In this document: positions 30,002 to 40,498 of the stretch, one piece after another
Layout of the letters: the number at the start of each line of letters is the position of its first letter
Numbering within the stretch: position 1 is the stretch's first letter
Assembly (NCBI GenBank): GCA_964456005.1
Contig: CAYWBG010000001.1
Coordinates: 72-64,071 of the forward strand
DNA: 64,000 bases
Direction of reading: 5' to 3'
Source: an uncultured Halomonas sp.
Lineage (GTDB): Bacteria; Pseudomonadota; Gammaproteobacteria; Pseudomonadales; Halomonadaceae
Program-made: the position numbers and the translations under genes
The notes under the pieces: model-generated
Seen by the model: only the letters and a program-made list of their open reading frames with translations
Told to the model about the DNA's origin: nothing
Database searches by the model: none

Positions 30002-30700
30002 CTAGAAGGAAGCGATCTCGCTTTCGGTCAACTCGCGCCATTCACCTTCGGGCAGGTCGCCGAGTGAAAGGGGACCGATCGACTCACGGTGCAGGGCGAC
30101 CACGTGGTGGCCGATAGCGGCGAACATGCGTTTTACCTGATGGTACTTCCCTTCGAAAAGTGTCAGCTCGGCTACCGTCGGCTCGCGCATGGCAAGCTCC
30201 GCCGGGCGCGTAACCTTCTCCTCGCCGTCGAGCTGAACGCCCTCGGCAAAGGCCGCGCTGGCCCGCTCCAGAGCCTCACCTTCCAGCGGCTCCGCTAATG
30301 TCACCCGATAGACCTTGCCGCAGCGACGCTTCGGGGAAGTCACCCGATGAGACCACTGGCCATCGTCGGTGAGCAGCACCAAACCGGTGGTGTCCACATC
30401 GAGCCGCCCCACCGGCTGCAGACGCTCTACCTTGGGCAGTTCGATCAGGTCGATGGCGCGCGGGTAGAGGGTGCGTCGAGCCGTGCACTCTACCCCCGCC
30501 GGCTTGTGCAGCATCACGTAGCGGTTACCCACCAAGGCGAGGGGTTGTCCGCTCCAGGTCACCCGACTGGTCTCGTCTACCTGGGTGGCCGGATTCTTGA
30601 TGATGTCGCCGTCGACGCTGACCTCGCCGCGATGCATCGCCTTCTTGGCAAGGCTGCGGGTCAGATCGGTGGTCTCGGAGAGGAAACGGTCCAGGCGCAT
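30002..30700 (-). CDS. rsuA: 16S rRNA pseudouridine(516) synthase
   Basis: MRLDRFL S4 domain, GRLDVDTTGL.LLTDDGQWSHR.TSP, EGKYHQVKRMF. Confidence 0.95.
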   Translation of the reverse strand: MRLDRFLSETTDLTRSLAKKAMHRGEVSVDGDIIKNPATQVDETSRVTWSGQPLALVGNRYVMLHKPAGVECTARRTLYPRAIDLIELPKVERLQPVGRLDVDTTGLVLLTDDGQWSHRVTSPKRRCGKVYRVTLAEPLEGEALERASAAFAEGVQLDGEEKVTRPAELAMREPTVAELTLFEGKYHQVKRMFAAIGHHVVALHRESIGPLSLGDLPEGEWRELTESEIASF

Positions 30701-31515
30701 CAGAACCCCACGCCGTCGGAGAGGGTGAAGTGGTCTGCATCTCGCCAGGCGGGAAACTTCTCGCGAAAGTCGTGAAGCTCATCCAGAGACAGGGTCCCGG
30801 TCTTCAGGAAGGGTTGATCCCTGGGTTCGTCGATCAGCGCCTCTCCCTTGGGGTCGACCAGCATGGAGTCCCCTGCATAGGACATGCCCTTGGCATCCTC
30901 CCCGACCCGATTCACACCGATGACCGGACAGAGGTTCTCGATGGCCCTGGCCTGCAGCAGAATCCGCCAGGGATGACGGCGCGGCGCTGGCCAGTTGGCC
31001 ACACAGAGCAGGGCATCGTACTCGAAGTGCTCATCCGGGGCGGGCTGCTGACGCAGCCAGACGGGAAAGCGCAGGTCGTAGCAGACGCTGAGCAGGATGC
31101 GGAACCCCTTGAGTTCGACGATCACCCGCTCGTGACCCATGGCATAGCGCTCATGCTCGCCGGCCATGCGGAACAGATGGCGCTTGTCATAGTGGGCGAG
31201 GCTACCGTCGGGACGCGCCCAAATCAGGCGGTTGACATAGTGACCGTCCTCCACGATGGCCACGCTACCGGTGACCACACAACCACGGCGGCTCGCCTGG
31301 TCCTGGAGCCAAGCCACGGTGGCGCTCTCGCCCATAGGCTCGGCCATCTCCCGGGAATTCATGGTAAAACCGGTGGAGAACATCTCCGGCAGCACGATCA
31401 GGTCGGTATCGGCGACGCCTAGATCGCCGAGGGTTTCCTCCAGCATGCGGCAGTTGGCCTGGGGATCTTCCCAGCGCAGGTCACACTGCACCAGGGTGGT
31501 TCTCAGTTCACTCAT
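30700..31515 (-). CDS. yafV: Nitrilase-family amidohydrolase (omega-amidase YafV-like)
   Basis: LPEMFSTGF, YDKRHLFRM, VCYDLRFPVW (E-K-C triad). Confidence 0.85.
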   Translation of the reverse strand: MSELRTTLVQCDLRWEDPQANCRMLEETLGDLGVADTDLIVLPEMFSTGFTMNSREMAEPMGESATVAWLQDQASRRGCVVTGSVAIVEDGHYVNRLIWARPDGSLAHYDKRHLFRMAGEHERYAMGHERVIVELKGFRILLSVCYDLRFPVWLRQQPAPDEHFEYDALLCVANWPAPRRHPWRILLQARAIENLCPVIGVNRVGEDAKGMSYAGDSMLVDPKGEALIDEPRDQPFLKTGTLSLDELHDFREKFPAWRDADHFTLSDGVGF

Positions 31516-31650
31516 GGGGGGACTCCCTGCGGGTCAGTGTCATCGCCTACCAGACTAACTCAGTGCCAAGCCAACGTCAGCCAGTGCACACCTCCCATGG
31601 CGAGAAAGCCTGTAGCCTGCTAAGTTAACGCTTTTCGCTGTGAGGCTCAG

Positions 31651-32568
31651 ATGTCCGCCAACCCCGTCTCCCTCCCCGAGCGCGAAACCGGCAAGGGGGT
31701 CGCCTTCGGCCTGGGTGCCTATATCGCCTGGGGCTGCTTTCCCCTCTTCTTCGCCTTGTTCGAGGGTGTGCCGGCCTTTGAAATACTCATCCACCGGATC
31801 CTCTGGTCCTGCCTCTTCCTGGTGGGGCTGGTTACCCTGCTGGGGCGTTGGAAACCCATTCGCACCGCCCTGGGCGAGCCGCGCCGGCTAGGCCTGGTGC
31901 TGGGCTGCGCCGTGCTGATCGCGGTGAACTGGGGGCTCTACATCTATGCGGTGGAGACCCGTCATGTACTCCAGGCCAGCCTGGGCTACTTCATGACCCC
32001 GCTGGTCAACGTGGCCCTGGGCATGCTGGTGCTTCGAGAAACCATGCACCGTCTGCAGGCGGTCGCCGTGGCGCTTGCGGTCCTGGCGATCCTCATCCAG
32101 TTGGTTTTGCTCGGCGAGTTACCCTGGATCAGCCTGGCCCTGGCCTTCTCATTTGGTACCTATGGCCTGTTGCGCAAGCAGGTCCCCCTGGACGGGCTGT
32201 CGGGACTGTTCGTGGAAACCCTGATGCTGGTGCCGCTGGCCCTGCTGACCCTGGCCTGGTTGACCCAGGCGGATCTCTCCCATTTCCTGGACGGGGCCGA
32301 CGTCACGCTGCTGCTCATGGCAAGCGGGGTGATCACCGCCCTGCCCCTGCTGGCGTTCGCCGGCGCCGCCCGACGACTGCGCCTGGCCACTCTGGGCTTC
32401 CTGATGTACATCAATCCCAGCATCCAGTTCCTGATCGCCCTGGTGATCTTCCGCGAGCCACTCTCGACGGTGCAACTCGCCACTTTTCTGCTGATCTGGA
32501 TGGGGCTCGCCCTCTACTCCTGGTCGGCCTGGCGCTCGCGCCCCAGGGAAGGTCGAACCCCGGCCTGA
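31651..32568 (+). CDS. rarD: EamA/DMT family transporter RarD
   Basis: EIL.HRILWS, NWGLYIYAV...QASLGYF.TPLV, YGLLRK, GFLMYINP. Confidence 0.92.
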   Translation: MSANPVSLPERETGKGVAFGLGAYIAWGCFPLFFALFEGVPAFEILIHRILWSCLFLVGLVTLLGRWKPIRTALGEPRRLGLVLGCAVLIAVNWGLYIYAVETRHVLQASLGYFMTPLVNVALGMLVLRETMHRLQAVAVALAVLAILIQLVLLGELPWISLALAFSFGTYGLLRKQVPLDGLSGLFVETLMLVPLALLTLAWLTQADLSHFLDGADVTLLLMASGVITALPLLAFAGAARRLRLATLGFLMYINPSIQFLIALVIFREPLSTVQLATFLLIWMGLALYSWSAWRSRPREGRTPA

Positions 32569-32609
32569 CCCCCGTCGCGCGGTTGGGCACATTCGGCTAA
32601 CATCACGCC

Positions 32610-33764
32610 ATGCCACTCACCACTGATGTTCCGCCCCTCGCTCGCCCTCGCCTTCTGCTGGCGGGGGCCGGCCACGCTCACCTGCACATCATTCGTCGGC
32701 GCCAGCGCTTTGCTGACGCCGAGGTCTACCTGATCGACCCGGGTGGCTTCTGGTACTCGGCCATGGCCGCCGGGGTACTGAGCGGCAGGCTGCCCCCGGC
32801 CGCCGACCGGATCGACCCGGCACGCCTGGCACGCCGCCACGGCGTGATTCCGATCCGCGGCCGACTGGCAGGCCTGGACCCGCCGAACAAGCAGGCGCTT
32901 CTCGAGGACGGCCGGCGCCTGCCCTTCACCCTGCTCTCGCTCAACCTGGGCTCGCGCACGCTCACTCCCGTCATGCGCCAGCCCGGCCCCCAGATCTGGG
33001 CGGTAAAGCCGCTGCCCTGCCTGGTGGCACTGCGCCACCGCCTCGAGCGTGACTTCCGACAGGGCGCCAGCCCACGGCTGCTGGTAGTGGGAGGCGGGGC
33101 CAGCGGCATCGAGGTGGCCAGCAACCTGCATGCCCTGGCCAAACGCCACCGGACCCACTGTCCCATCACCCTAGTGACGCGAGGGACCGGCCTGATACCG
33201 GATGCCCCTCCCGGCGCCCGACGCTTTGTCTCACGCCTCATGAAACGGCGCGGCATCCGGGTGATCAGCGAGGCCGAGGTCACCGGAACACTCGGCAACG
33301 GCGTGATGCTTCGCGCCGACGAGACGCGCAGCGGCGAGGATAGTCTTTCCCTGATCGAGGCCGATCATGTCATTCATGCCGTAGGCCTGGCGCCACCGGA
33401 GGTGATAGAGCGACTCGGCCTGCCGCAGTTTCCCGGACGCGGCCTGGCCGTATCGTCCCACCTGCAGAGCCTGGGCCATCCCGACATCTTCGCCGCCGGC
33501 GACTGCGCCGCCATGGTCGACCACCTGCTGCCTCGCCTGGGAGTTTTCGGTATTCGTCAGGCCTCGGTGCTGCTGGACAACCTGCTCGCCCGCCTGGAGG
33601 GGGGCGAGCTGCGCTCCTACGAGCCCCAGCCCCGGGCGCTGGCGATCCTCGACCTCGGCGAGGGGCTGGGGCTGGCCATCCGTGGCAGCCACTGGTGGGC
33701 CGGGCGCAGTGCCCTGCTCTGGAAGGGTTGGCTGGACCGGCGCTTTATGTCCCAGTACCGCTAG
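32610..33764 (+). CDS. FAD/NAD(P)-dependent oxidoreductase (NDH-2/AIF-like; resembles the domain fused N-terminally to SelD)
   Basis: LAGAGHAHL, YSAM..G, VVGGGASGIE, IFAAGDCA, C-terminal WK.WLDRRFM. Confidence 0.8.
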   Translation: MPLTTDVPPLARPRLLLAGAGHAHLHIIRRRQRFADAEVYLIDPGGFWYSAMAAGVLSGRLPPAADRIDPARLARRHGVIPIRGRLAGLDPPNKQALLEDGRRLPFTLLSLNLGSRTLTPVMRQPGPQIWAVKPLPCLVALRHRLERDFRQGASPRLLVVGGGASGIEVASNLHALAKRHRTHCPITLVTRGTGLIPDAPPGARRFVSRLMKRRGIRVISEAEVTGTLGNGVMLRADETRSGEDSLSLIEADHVIHAVGLAPPEVIERLGLPQFPGRGLAVSSHLQSLGHPDIFAAGDCAAMVDHLLPRLGVFGIRQASVLLDNLLARLEGGELRSYEPQPRALAILDLGEGLGLAIRGSHWWAGRSALLWKGWLDRRFMSQYR

Positions 33765-33777
33765 GAGTCTGTCGGGT

Positions 33778-35052
33778 TTAACGCTGACTGGCGGTCAGCG
33801 CCTGCTCCAGGTCGGCAAGGATGTCGTCGATGTGCTCGATGCCGATGGAGAGGCGCACCATGTCCGGCGTGACGCCGGCAGAGACGAGCTCCTCGTCGTT
33901 GAGCTGGCGGTGAGTGGTGGAGGCCGGGATCGACGAACAGGTCTTGGCATCGCCGATGTTGACCAGGCGCAGGATCATGGTCAGGGCATCGTAGAAGCGG
34001 GCCCCGGCCTCGCGGCCGCCCTGGATGCCGAAGCTGAGAATGCCGGACGCGCGACCGCCCATGTACTGCTGCGCCAGGCCGTGGTCCTTGTGGGTCGGCA
34101 GGCCCGCATACTTCACCCACGTCACCGAGGGGTGCCCTTCCAGGTACTCGGCCACTCGCTGGGCGTTGTCGCAGATCCGTTCAATGCGCAGCGACAGCGT
34201 CTCGAGACCCTGCAGCAGGTTCCAAGCCGCCTGGGCCGAGAGCGCCGCCCCCATGTTGCGCAGCGGCACCACCCGGGCGCGGCCGATAAAGGCCGCCTCG
34301 CCCAGATCCCGGGTATAGCACACGCCGTGATAGGAGACGTCCGGTTCGTTGAGCAGCGGAAAGCGCTCGGGGTAGTCCGCCCAGGGGAACTTGCCGGAGT
34401 CGACGATCACCCCCCCCACGGTGGTGCCGTGACCGCCCATGTACTTGGTGGCCGAATGGATGACGATATCGGCACCATGCTCGATGGGACGCCACAGGAA
34501 AGGAGTCGGCACGGTATTGTCGACGATCACCGGCACGCCGTGGCGGTGGGCCACCTCGGCGAGGCGGACCAAGTCCACCACGCTGCCCGAGGGATTACCT
34601 ACGGTCTCGCAGAAGACCGCCTTGGTACGCGCGTCGATGAGCCCCTCGATACCCTCGAGGTCGTCCTTGTCGGCGAAACGCACCTCGATCCCCTGACGCG
34701 GCAGGGTGTGGGCAAAGAGGTTGTAGGTACCGCCATAGAGCTCACTGATGGAGACGATGTTGTCCCCCGCCTCGGCGATGGTCTGGATCGCATAGGTGAT
34801 GGCAGCCATGCCCGACGCCACGGCGAGCCCGGCGATGCCACCCTCCAGTGCCGCCACACGCTGTTCGAGCACCGCACAGGTGGGGTTCATGATTCGCGAA
34901 TAGATGTTGCCCTCAACCTTGAGGTCGAAGAGGTCGGCGGCGTGCTGAGCGCTGTCGAAAGAGAACGAGGTGGTCTGGTGGATCGGCACGGCTACCGAGT
35001 GCTGGTTATCGGGGGCATAGCCGTGGTGCAGGGCTAGGGTTTCGAGCTTCAT
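33778..35052 (-). CDS. metY: O-acetylhomoserine sulfhydrylase (aminocarboxypropyltransferase)
   Basis: PIHQTTS, GNIYSRIMNPT, HSATKYMGGHG (PLP lysine), NIGDAK..PASTTHRQL. Confidence 0.92.
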   Translation of the reverse strand: MKLETLALHHGYAPDNQHSVAVPIHQTTSFSFDSAQHAADLFDLKVEGNIYSRIMNPTCAVLEQRVAALEGGIAGLAVASGMAAITYAIQTIAEAGDNIVSISELYGGTYNLFAHTLPRQGIEVRFADKDDLEGIEGLIDARTKAVFCETVGNPSGSVVDLVRLAEVAHRHGVPVIVDNTVPTPFLWRPIEHGADIVIHSATKYMGGHGTTVGGVIVDSGKFPWADYPERFPLLNEPDVSYHGVCYTRDLGEAAFIGRARVVPLRNMGAALSAQAAWNLLQGLETLSLRIERICDNAQRVAEYLEGHPSVTWVKYAGLPTHKDHGLAQQYMGGRASGILSFGIQGGREAGARFYDALTMILRLVNIGDAKTCSSIPASTTHRQLNDEELVSAGVTPDMVRLSIGIEHIDDILADLEQALTASQR

Positions 35053-35208
35053 GGCGAGTCCTTGCGGTGGTGGTGTCGAGCGGATTGCGGCAGGGTGTCT
35101 TTCGGCTGATGCTAACCAAGCCTCAACCCACGGGCCAATATCGTTTAGTCTGGGCCCTATTACTACCATCGGCGCCTGCCGTTTCTCCACCCATTGCGAT
35201 GTCCCGGG

Positions 35209-36921
35209 ATGCTAAAGCGCTACCTGCCCTTCCTCACCTGGCTGCCCCACTACAATCGTCGTCTGTGCGGCGCCGACCTGCTGGCGGGCCTGGTCGTCAC
35301 CGTGATGGTGATTCCACAGTCGCTGGCCTATGCGATACTCGCCGGCCTGCCGGCGGTAGTGGGGCTATACGCCAGCATCCTGCCGGCGGTGCTCTACGCG
35401 CTGCTCGGCACCAGCCGCACCCTGGCGGTGGGCCCTGTGGCGATCATTGCCCTGATGACCGGCGCGGCGCTCTCGGGCGTCGCCGAACCCGGTAGCCCGG
35501 AATACCTGCAGGCGGCACTGGTGCTGTCGCTGCTCTCCGGTGCCCTCCTGACAGCGATGGGGCTGCTGCGTATGGGCTTCTTCGCCAACTTCCTCAGCCA
35601 CCCGGTGATCGCCGGCTTCCTCTCGGCCTCGGCGATTCTGATCGCCGCCAGCCAGGCCGCACATCTGTTGGGCATTCCGGCCAGTGGCTACACCGTCGCC
35701 GCCCTGTTGAGTAGCCTCTTCGGCCATCTGAACCAGACTCACTGGCCCACCCTGGCCCTCGGCGGCACCACTCTGCTGTTCCTGTTCGGCATGCGCCGCT
35801 ACGGGCAGCAACTGCTCCGGCGCCTGGGACTCGCGGCGGCCACCGCCAACCTGCTGACCCGTGCCGGCCCGGTGCTGGCCGTGGTCGCCACGACCCTGTT
35901 GACCTGGCACTTCTCGCTCGCCGAGCAGGGTGTCGCAGTGGTCGGCGACATCCCCGCCGGCATCCCGCCATTCACCCTGCCCGGCGTCGAACTCGAGCTG
36001 TGGCGTGCGCTGCTGGTCCCGGCCCTGCTGATCAGCGTGGTGGGCTTCGTGGAGTCCATCTCAATGGCCCAGATGCTGGCCGCCCGACGCCGCCAGCGCA
36101 TCTCCCCCAACCAGGAGTTGATCGGTCTGGGTGGCGCCAACCTGGCGGCGGCCTTCTCCTCCGGCATGCCGGTCACCGGCGGGCTGTCGCGGACCGTGAT
36201 CAGCGACGAGTCTGGCGCCCAGACCCCCATGGCCGGCCTCTTCACGGCCCTGGGCATCGGTCTGGTGACCCTGGCTTTCACGCCCCTGCTATTTCACCTG
36301 CCCATCGCCACCCTGGCCGCTACCATCATCGTGGCGGTGTTGACCCTGGTGGATCTGCCGATGATCCGCCAGACCTGGCGCTACTCGCGCAGCGACTTCT
36401 CGGCCATGGCGGTAACCATCCTCTTGACCCTGGTGGAGGGGGTCGAGGCCGGCATCATCAGTGGCGTGGTGCTCTCCATCGGGCTCTTTCTCTACCGTAC
36501 GAGCCGCCCCCACAGCGCCATCGTGGGGCGGATTCCCGGCACCGAACACTTTCGCAGCGTCACCCGCCATGAAGTCGAGACCCTGAGCCACGTGGCCTTC
36601 CTTCGCATCGACGAGAGCCTCTACTTCGCCAATGCCCGCTACCTGGAGGATACGCTCCAGGCTCTGGTGGCGCGCCACCCGGGCCTGGAGCACGTGGTGC
36701 TGATCTGCTCGGCGGTCAACCTGATAGATGCCTCGGCGCTAGAAAGCCTGGATGCCACCAATGCCCGCCTTGGGGAGGCCGACGTCACCCTGCACCTGGC
36801 GGAAGTCAAAGGCCCGGTAATGGATCATCTGAAGAAAAGCGACTTCCTAGATGACCTGACCGGACGCGTCTTCCTGAGCACCTACGCCGCCTGGCAGGCG
36901 CTATCCCACCCGCCCGAGTAG
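35209..36921 (+). CDS. SulP family anion transporter with STAS domain
   Basis: DLLAGL.V.VM.IPQSLAYA.LAGLP..GLYAS, NQELIGLG.AN, RIDESLYFANA. Confidence 0.92.
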   Translation: MLKRYLPFLTWLPHYNRRLCGADLLAGLVVTVMVIPQSLAYAILAGLPAVVGLYASILPAVLYALLGTSRTLAVGPVAIIALMTGAALSGVAEPGSPEYLQAALVLSLLSGALLTAMGLLRMGFFANFLSHPVIAGFLSASAILIAASQAAHLLGIPASGYTVAALLSSLFGHLNQTHWPTLALGGTTLLFLFGMRRYGQQLLRRLGLAAATANLLTRAGPVLAVVATTLLTWHFSLAEQGVAVVGDIPAGIPPFTLPGVELELWRALLVPALLISVVGFVESISMAQMLAARRRQRISPNQELIGLGGANLAAAFSSGMPVTGGLSRTVISDESGAQTPMAGLFTALGIGLVTLAFTPLLFHLPIATLAATIIVAVLTLVDLPMIRQTWRYSRSDFSAMAVTILLTLVEGVEAGIISGVVLSIGLFLYRTSRPHSAIVGRIPGTEHFRSVTRHEVETLSHVAFLRIDESLYFANARYLEDTLQALVARHPGLEHVVLICSAVNLIDASALESLDATNARLGEADVTLHLAEVKGPVMDHLKKSDFLDDLTGRVFLSTYAAWQALSHPPE

Positions 36922-37006
36922 TGAGCGACGGGAATACAAGCTGGCGGCAAGAGGCTATGATGGGGTCGTCACCTTAGGGAGCACATCGGCAAGGAATCGT
37001 TTCACC

Positions 37007-38137
37007 ATGGCCTCGACCGACGCCTCGCCTGGCCGTCTAGACGTTAGCGACGGCCAGTTGCACATCACCGGGCACTGGACCCTGGCGCACCATGCCGTGC
37101 TCAAGACCCAGGTCGCTGGCTGGTCACGCGACGTCGACGCTACGTGCGTGGACCTCGGTGGGCTGACCGGCCTGGACACCGCCGGCGCTAGCCTGCTGGT
37201 CGAACTGCTCGGTGCAGAGCGGGTGAAGGCTATTCGCGACTGGGCGCCGGACCTGCCCGCCGAGCGCCAGGCCTTGCTGGAGACCGTGGCCGACGTCCTC
37301 GCGGCACCGCTGACCCCCGAACGCCGCCGCGCCTCGCCCCTGGCCGATATGCTGGTAGACATCGGCGAACGGGTCCATGCCCTGTGGCAACAGCAGCGCC
37401 AACTGCTGGGCTTCATGGGCCTGGTGCTGGCCGGCCTCATGGTCTCGCTTCTGCGTCCCTGGCGCTGGCGGCTCACCTCGCTCACCTCCCATGTCCACCA
37501 GACCGGCCTCAACGCCGTGCCCATCGTCGCCTTGCTCACCTTCCTGGTGGGCGCCGTGGTGGCCTTCCTGGGCGCCACCGTGCTGCGCGACTTTGGCGCG
37601 ACCATCTACACCGTGAACCTGGTGGCCTTCGCCTTCCTGCGCGAGTTCGGCGTGCTGCTGGCAGCCATCCTGCTTGCCGGCCGCACCGCCAGCGCCTTCA
37701 CTGCCCAGATCGGGTCCATGAAGGCCAATGAGGAGATCGACGCCATCCGCGCCCTGGGGCTCGACCCGATCGAACTGCTGGTGCTGCCGCGTCTGCTGGC
37801 GATGATGATCATCCTGCCCATCCTCGCCTTCATCGGCATGCTCAGTGGCATCCTGGGTGGCGCCCTGGTCTGCGTGCTGATGCTGGATATCCCGATCGTA
37901 CAGTTCATCGCTATCCTGCAACGCGACATCCCCGTTCACCACTTCCTGGTGGGCATCGGCAAGGCACCGGTCTTCGCTTTCCTGATCGCGGTAATCGGCT
38001 GCCTAGAGGGTTTCAAGGTCAGCGGCAGCGCCCGTTCGGTGGGCGAACACACCACCTCCAGCGTGGTGCAGTCGATCTTCATGGTGATCCTGATCGACGC
38101 CGTGGCCGCGCTCTTCTTCATGGAGATGGGCTGGTGA
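37007..38137 (+). CDS. MlaE-family ABC permease with N-terminal STAS domain
   Basis: LDTAG (STAS), LREFG.LLAAILLAGR..SAFTAQIGSMK.NEEIDA. Confidence 0.9.
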   Translation: MASTDASPGRLDVSDGQLHITGHWTLAHHAVLKTQVAGWSRDVDATCVDLGGLTGLDTAGASLLVELLGAERVKAIRDWAPDLPAERQALLETVADVLAAPLTPERRRASPLADMLVDIGERVHALWQQQRQLLGFMGLVLAGLMVSLLRPWRWRLTSLTSHVHQTGLNAVPIVALLTFLVGAVVAFLGATVLRDFGATIYTVNLVAFAFLREFGVLLAAILLAGRTASAFTAQIGSMKANEEIDAIRALGLDPIELLVLPRLLAMMIILPILAFIGMLSGILGGALVCVLMLDIPIVQFIAILQRDIPVHHFLVGIGKAPVFAFLIAVIGCLEGFKVSGSARSVGEHTTSSVVQSIFMVILIDAVAALFFMEMGW

Positions 38138-38940
38138 GCCGGGGTGAGGAAGCGGTGATCCGGGTGCACGGGCTAGTGAACCGTTTTGGCAGTCTCGTGG
38201 TGCACGAAGACCTGGACCTGGAGATCCTGCGCGGTGAGATCCTCGGCGTGGTGGGCGGCTCGGGGACCGGCAAGTCGGTCCTGCTGCGCAGCATCGTCGG
38301 TCTCAAGCGCCCCGACGGCGGCAGCGTGGAAGTGTTCGGCGAGGACCTACAGCGGCTACCGAGTCATCAGCGCTCTCGGTTGGAACGCCGCTTCGGGGTA
38401 CTCTTCCAGCGCGGGGCCCTGTTTTCCTCGCTCAATCTGCAGGAGAACGTCGCCCTGCCACTGATAGAGCATGCCAGGTTGTCCCGTGGTGATGCCGAGG
38501 CGCTGGCACGAATGAAGCTGGCGCTGACCGGGCTGCCGCCCAATGCCGCGCTCATGATGCCGTCGGAGCTCTCCGGGGGCATGGTCAAGCGGGCGGCCCT
38601 GGCACGAGCCCTGGCGCTTGATCCCGAGGTACTCTTCCTCGACGAGCCCACTGCCGGGCTAGACCCGATTGGGGCCGCGGACTTCGACCAGCTGATCATG
38701 ACGCTGCGGGACGCCATGGGCCTCAGCGTCTTCCTGGTCACCCACGACCTGGATACCCTATACACGGCCTGTGACCGTGTCGCCGTCATTTCCCAGCGGC
38801 GCGTGCTGGTGGCCGACCGGCTGTCGGTGGTAGAAGCCAGCGACGACGCCTGGATCCGTGACTACTTCCACGGCCCCCGTGGCCGCGCGGCCTCCCGAGC
38901 CGCCCATCCCACGGCGCCATCCTCCACGGAGAACACCTGA
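38134..38940 (+). CDS. MlaF-family ABC ATP-binding protein
   Basis: GGSGTGKS, PSELSGGMVKRAALARAL, DEPTAGLDP. Confidence 0.92.
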   Translation: MSRGEEAVIRVHGLVNRFGSLVVHEDLDLEILRGEILGVVGGSGTGKSVLLRSIVGLKRPDGGSVEVFGEDLQRLPSHQRSRLERRFGVLFQRGALFSSLNLQENVALPLIEHARLSRGDAEALARMKLALTGLPPNAALMMPSELSGGMVKRAALARALALDPEVLFLDEPTAGLDPIGAADFDQLIMTLRDAMGLSVFLVTHDLDTLYTACDRVAVISQRRVLVADRLSVVEASDDAWIRDYFHGPRGRAASRAAHPTAPSSTENT

Positions 38941-39878
38941 TGGAAACTCGCGCCCACCACCTGATAATCGGCCTGTTCACCGTTATCGCCGTCGCTACCG
39001 CTCTGCTCTTCGCGCTGTGGCTGGGCCGCGCCGACGCCGATCGACAGTACACCTTTTACGAAGTCGGTTTCGACCGCCCGGTAGGCGGGCTGGATACCGG
39101 CAATGCCGTGCTGTTCAGCGGTATTCGCGTCGGCGACGTCGCGGAACTCAGCCTCGACCCTGAAGACCCTCGCCTGGTTCGCGCCCTGATCCGTGTCGAC
39201 GCCGATATCCCGGTGCGCGAGGACACCAGCGCCGGGCTGGCCCTGGCCAACATCACCGGCAGCATGAACATCCAGCTACAGGGGGGCAGCCCCGAAAGCC
39301 CACGCCTGCAGGGAAGCCGCGACGACCCCCCGTTGATCCAGGCGGAGCCCTCCCCCCTCAGCTCGCTGCTGGCCGACGGCGAGACCCTGGTCACCGGCCT
39401 CAACGACCTGCTGCTCAGCGCCAATCGACTGCTCTCCGAGGAGAATACCCAGCGTATCGAGAGCATCCTCGCCAACCTGGATCAGCTCAGCGGCGAACTG
39501 GCTCAGCGCAGCGGCGAGCTCGGTGCGGTCGTCGGCATCGTCGAGCGCCTAAGTCGAGAAGCCAGCGAACTGCTGCAGGCACTGACCCGACTGGGCCGGA
39601 GCGCCGACGGCCTGATCGACAACCAGGGCCGCGAGGCCCTGGACAGTGCCGGTCAGGCGATGACCACCCTGGAGGGCGCCACGCAGCGGCTCGAGAGACT
39701 GCTGGAACAGAACCAGGGGGCCCTGAATCGCGGCATGCAAGGCTTCGGCGACCTGGGCCCCGCCATACGCGAGCTTCGCAACACCCTAGGTAGCCTCAGC
39801 CGCATCAGCCGCCAACTGGAAGAGAGCCCCGCCGACTTTCTGCTGGGCCGTGAAACCCCGGAGGAATTCACCCCATGA
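38940..39878 (+). CDS. MlaD/MCE domain protein with helical extension
   Basis: METRAH..IGLF, V.GL..G..V.FSGIRVG.V; long coiled-coil C-terminus. Confidence 0.9.
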   Translation: METRAHHLIIGLFTVIAVATALLFALWLGRADADRQYTFYEVGFDRPVGGLDTGNAVLFSGIRVGDVAELSLDPEDPRLVRALIRVDADIPVREDTSAGLALANITGSMNIQLQGGSPESPRLQGSRDDPPLIQAEPSPLSSLLADGETLVTGLNDLLLSANRLLSEENTQRIESILANLDQLSGELAQRSGELGAVVGIVERLSREASELLQALTRLGRSADGLIDNQGREALDSAGQAMTTLEGATQRLERLLEQNQGALNRGMQGFGDLGPAIRELRNTLGSLSRISRQLEESPADFLLGRETPEEFTP

Positions 39879-40498
39879 GCCCGTCGCCACCGCTCCGCCA
39901 CCTTCGCTCCCTGCTTGCCTCCGCTCTGCTGCTGGCCCTTGGCGCCTGCACCCTGCTCCCCGAGAGCGAGCCAATGCATGTGCATGTCCTGCCCGCGTTT
40001 CCCTCGGAGTGGTCGCCCCCCCCACCGCTGGACGCCACCCTGAGGGTCGAGACCCCGGCGGCCAGCGCCAGCCTCTCGGGCAACCGTATACTGGTGATGC
40101 CTGGCGACAACCGGCTTAGCGTCTACCAGGGAGCGCGCTGGAGCGACCCCACTCCACAACTGGTGCGCGACCGACTTATCGAAGCCTTCCAGCAGATAGG
40201 CGGCTTTACCGCGGTATTCGACGAGAACAGCCGACTTCCAGCGGACATGGCGTTGGCCAGCGACCTGCGGGCCTTTCACAGCGTCTATACGAACGACAGG
40301 CCAGAGGCGGTGATACGGCTGGACGTCAGGCTGGTGGACGAAAGCGACGGTCGCCTGGTCGCCAGCCGCCGCTTCGAGCAGCGCGAGCCCAGTGAGGCCA
40401 CGGATGTCGAGGCGGTAGTGGCAGCCTTCGGCCGCGCTGCCGACGCCCTCTCCCGGAAGCTTGTGGCCTGGAGTCATGAGCTCGTCAGCGAACGCTGA
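39875..40498 (+). CDS. ABC-type transport auxiliary lipoprotein (PqiC-like)
   Basis: Lipobox LGAC, Y..ARWSD, L.SDLRAF; last gene of the MCE operon. Confidence 0.85.
   Translation: MSPSPPLRHLRSLLASALLLALGACTLLPESEPMHVHVLPAFPSEWSPPPPLDATLRVETPAASASLSGNRILVMPGDNRLSVYQGARWSDPTPQLVRDRLIEAFQQIGGFTAVFDENSRLPADMALASDLRAFHSVYTNDRPEAVIRLDVRLVDESDGRLVASRRFEQREPSEATDVEAVVAAFGRAADALSRKLVAWSHELVSER

Noticed and set aside
33682-35037. Long antisense and alternate-frame ORFs (also 513-1502, 5530-6576, 15236-16450, 60625-61575 and many others)
   Set aside because: They are shadow ORFs of well-supported genes in GC-rich DNA, with no recognisable motifs.
35053-35208. SAM or SAH riboswitch upstream of metY
   Set aside because: Only a small GGGCC/GGCCC hairpin is present; no SAM-I, SAM-II or SAH consensus elements were recognised.
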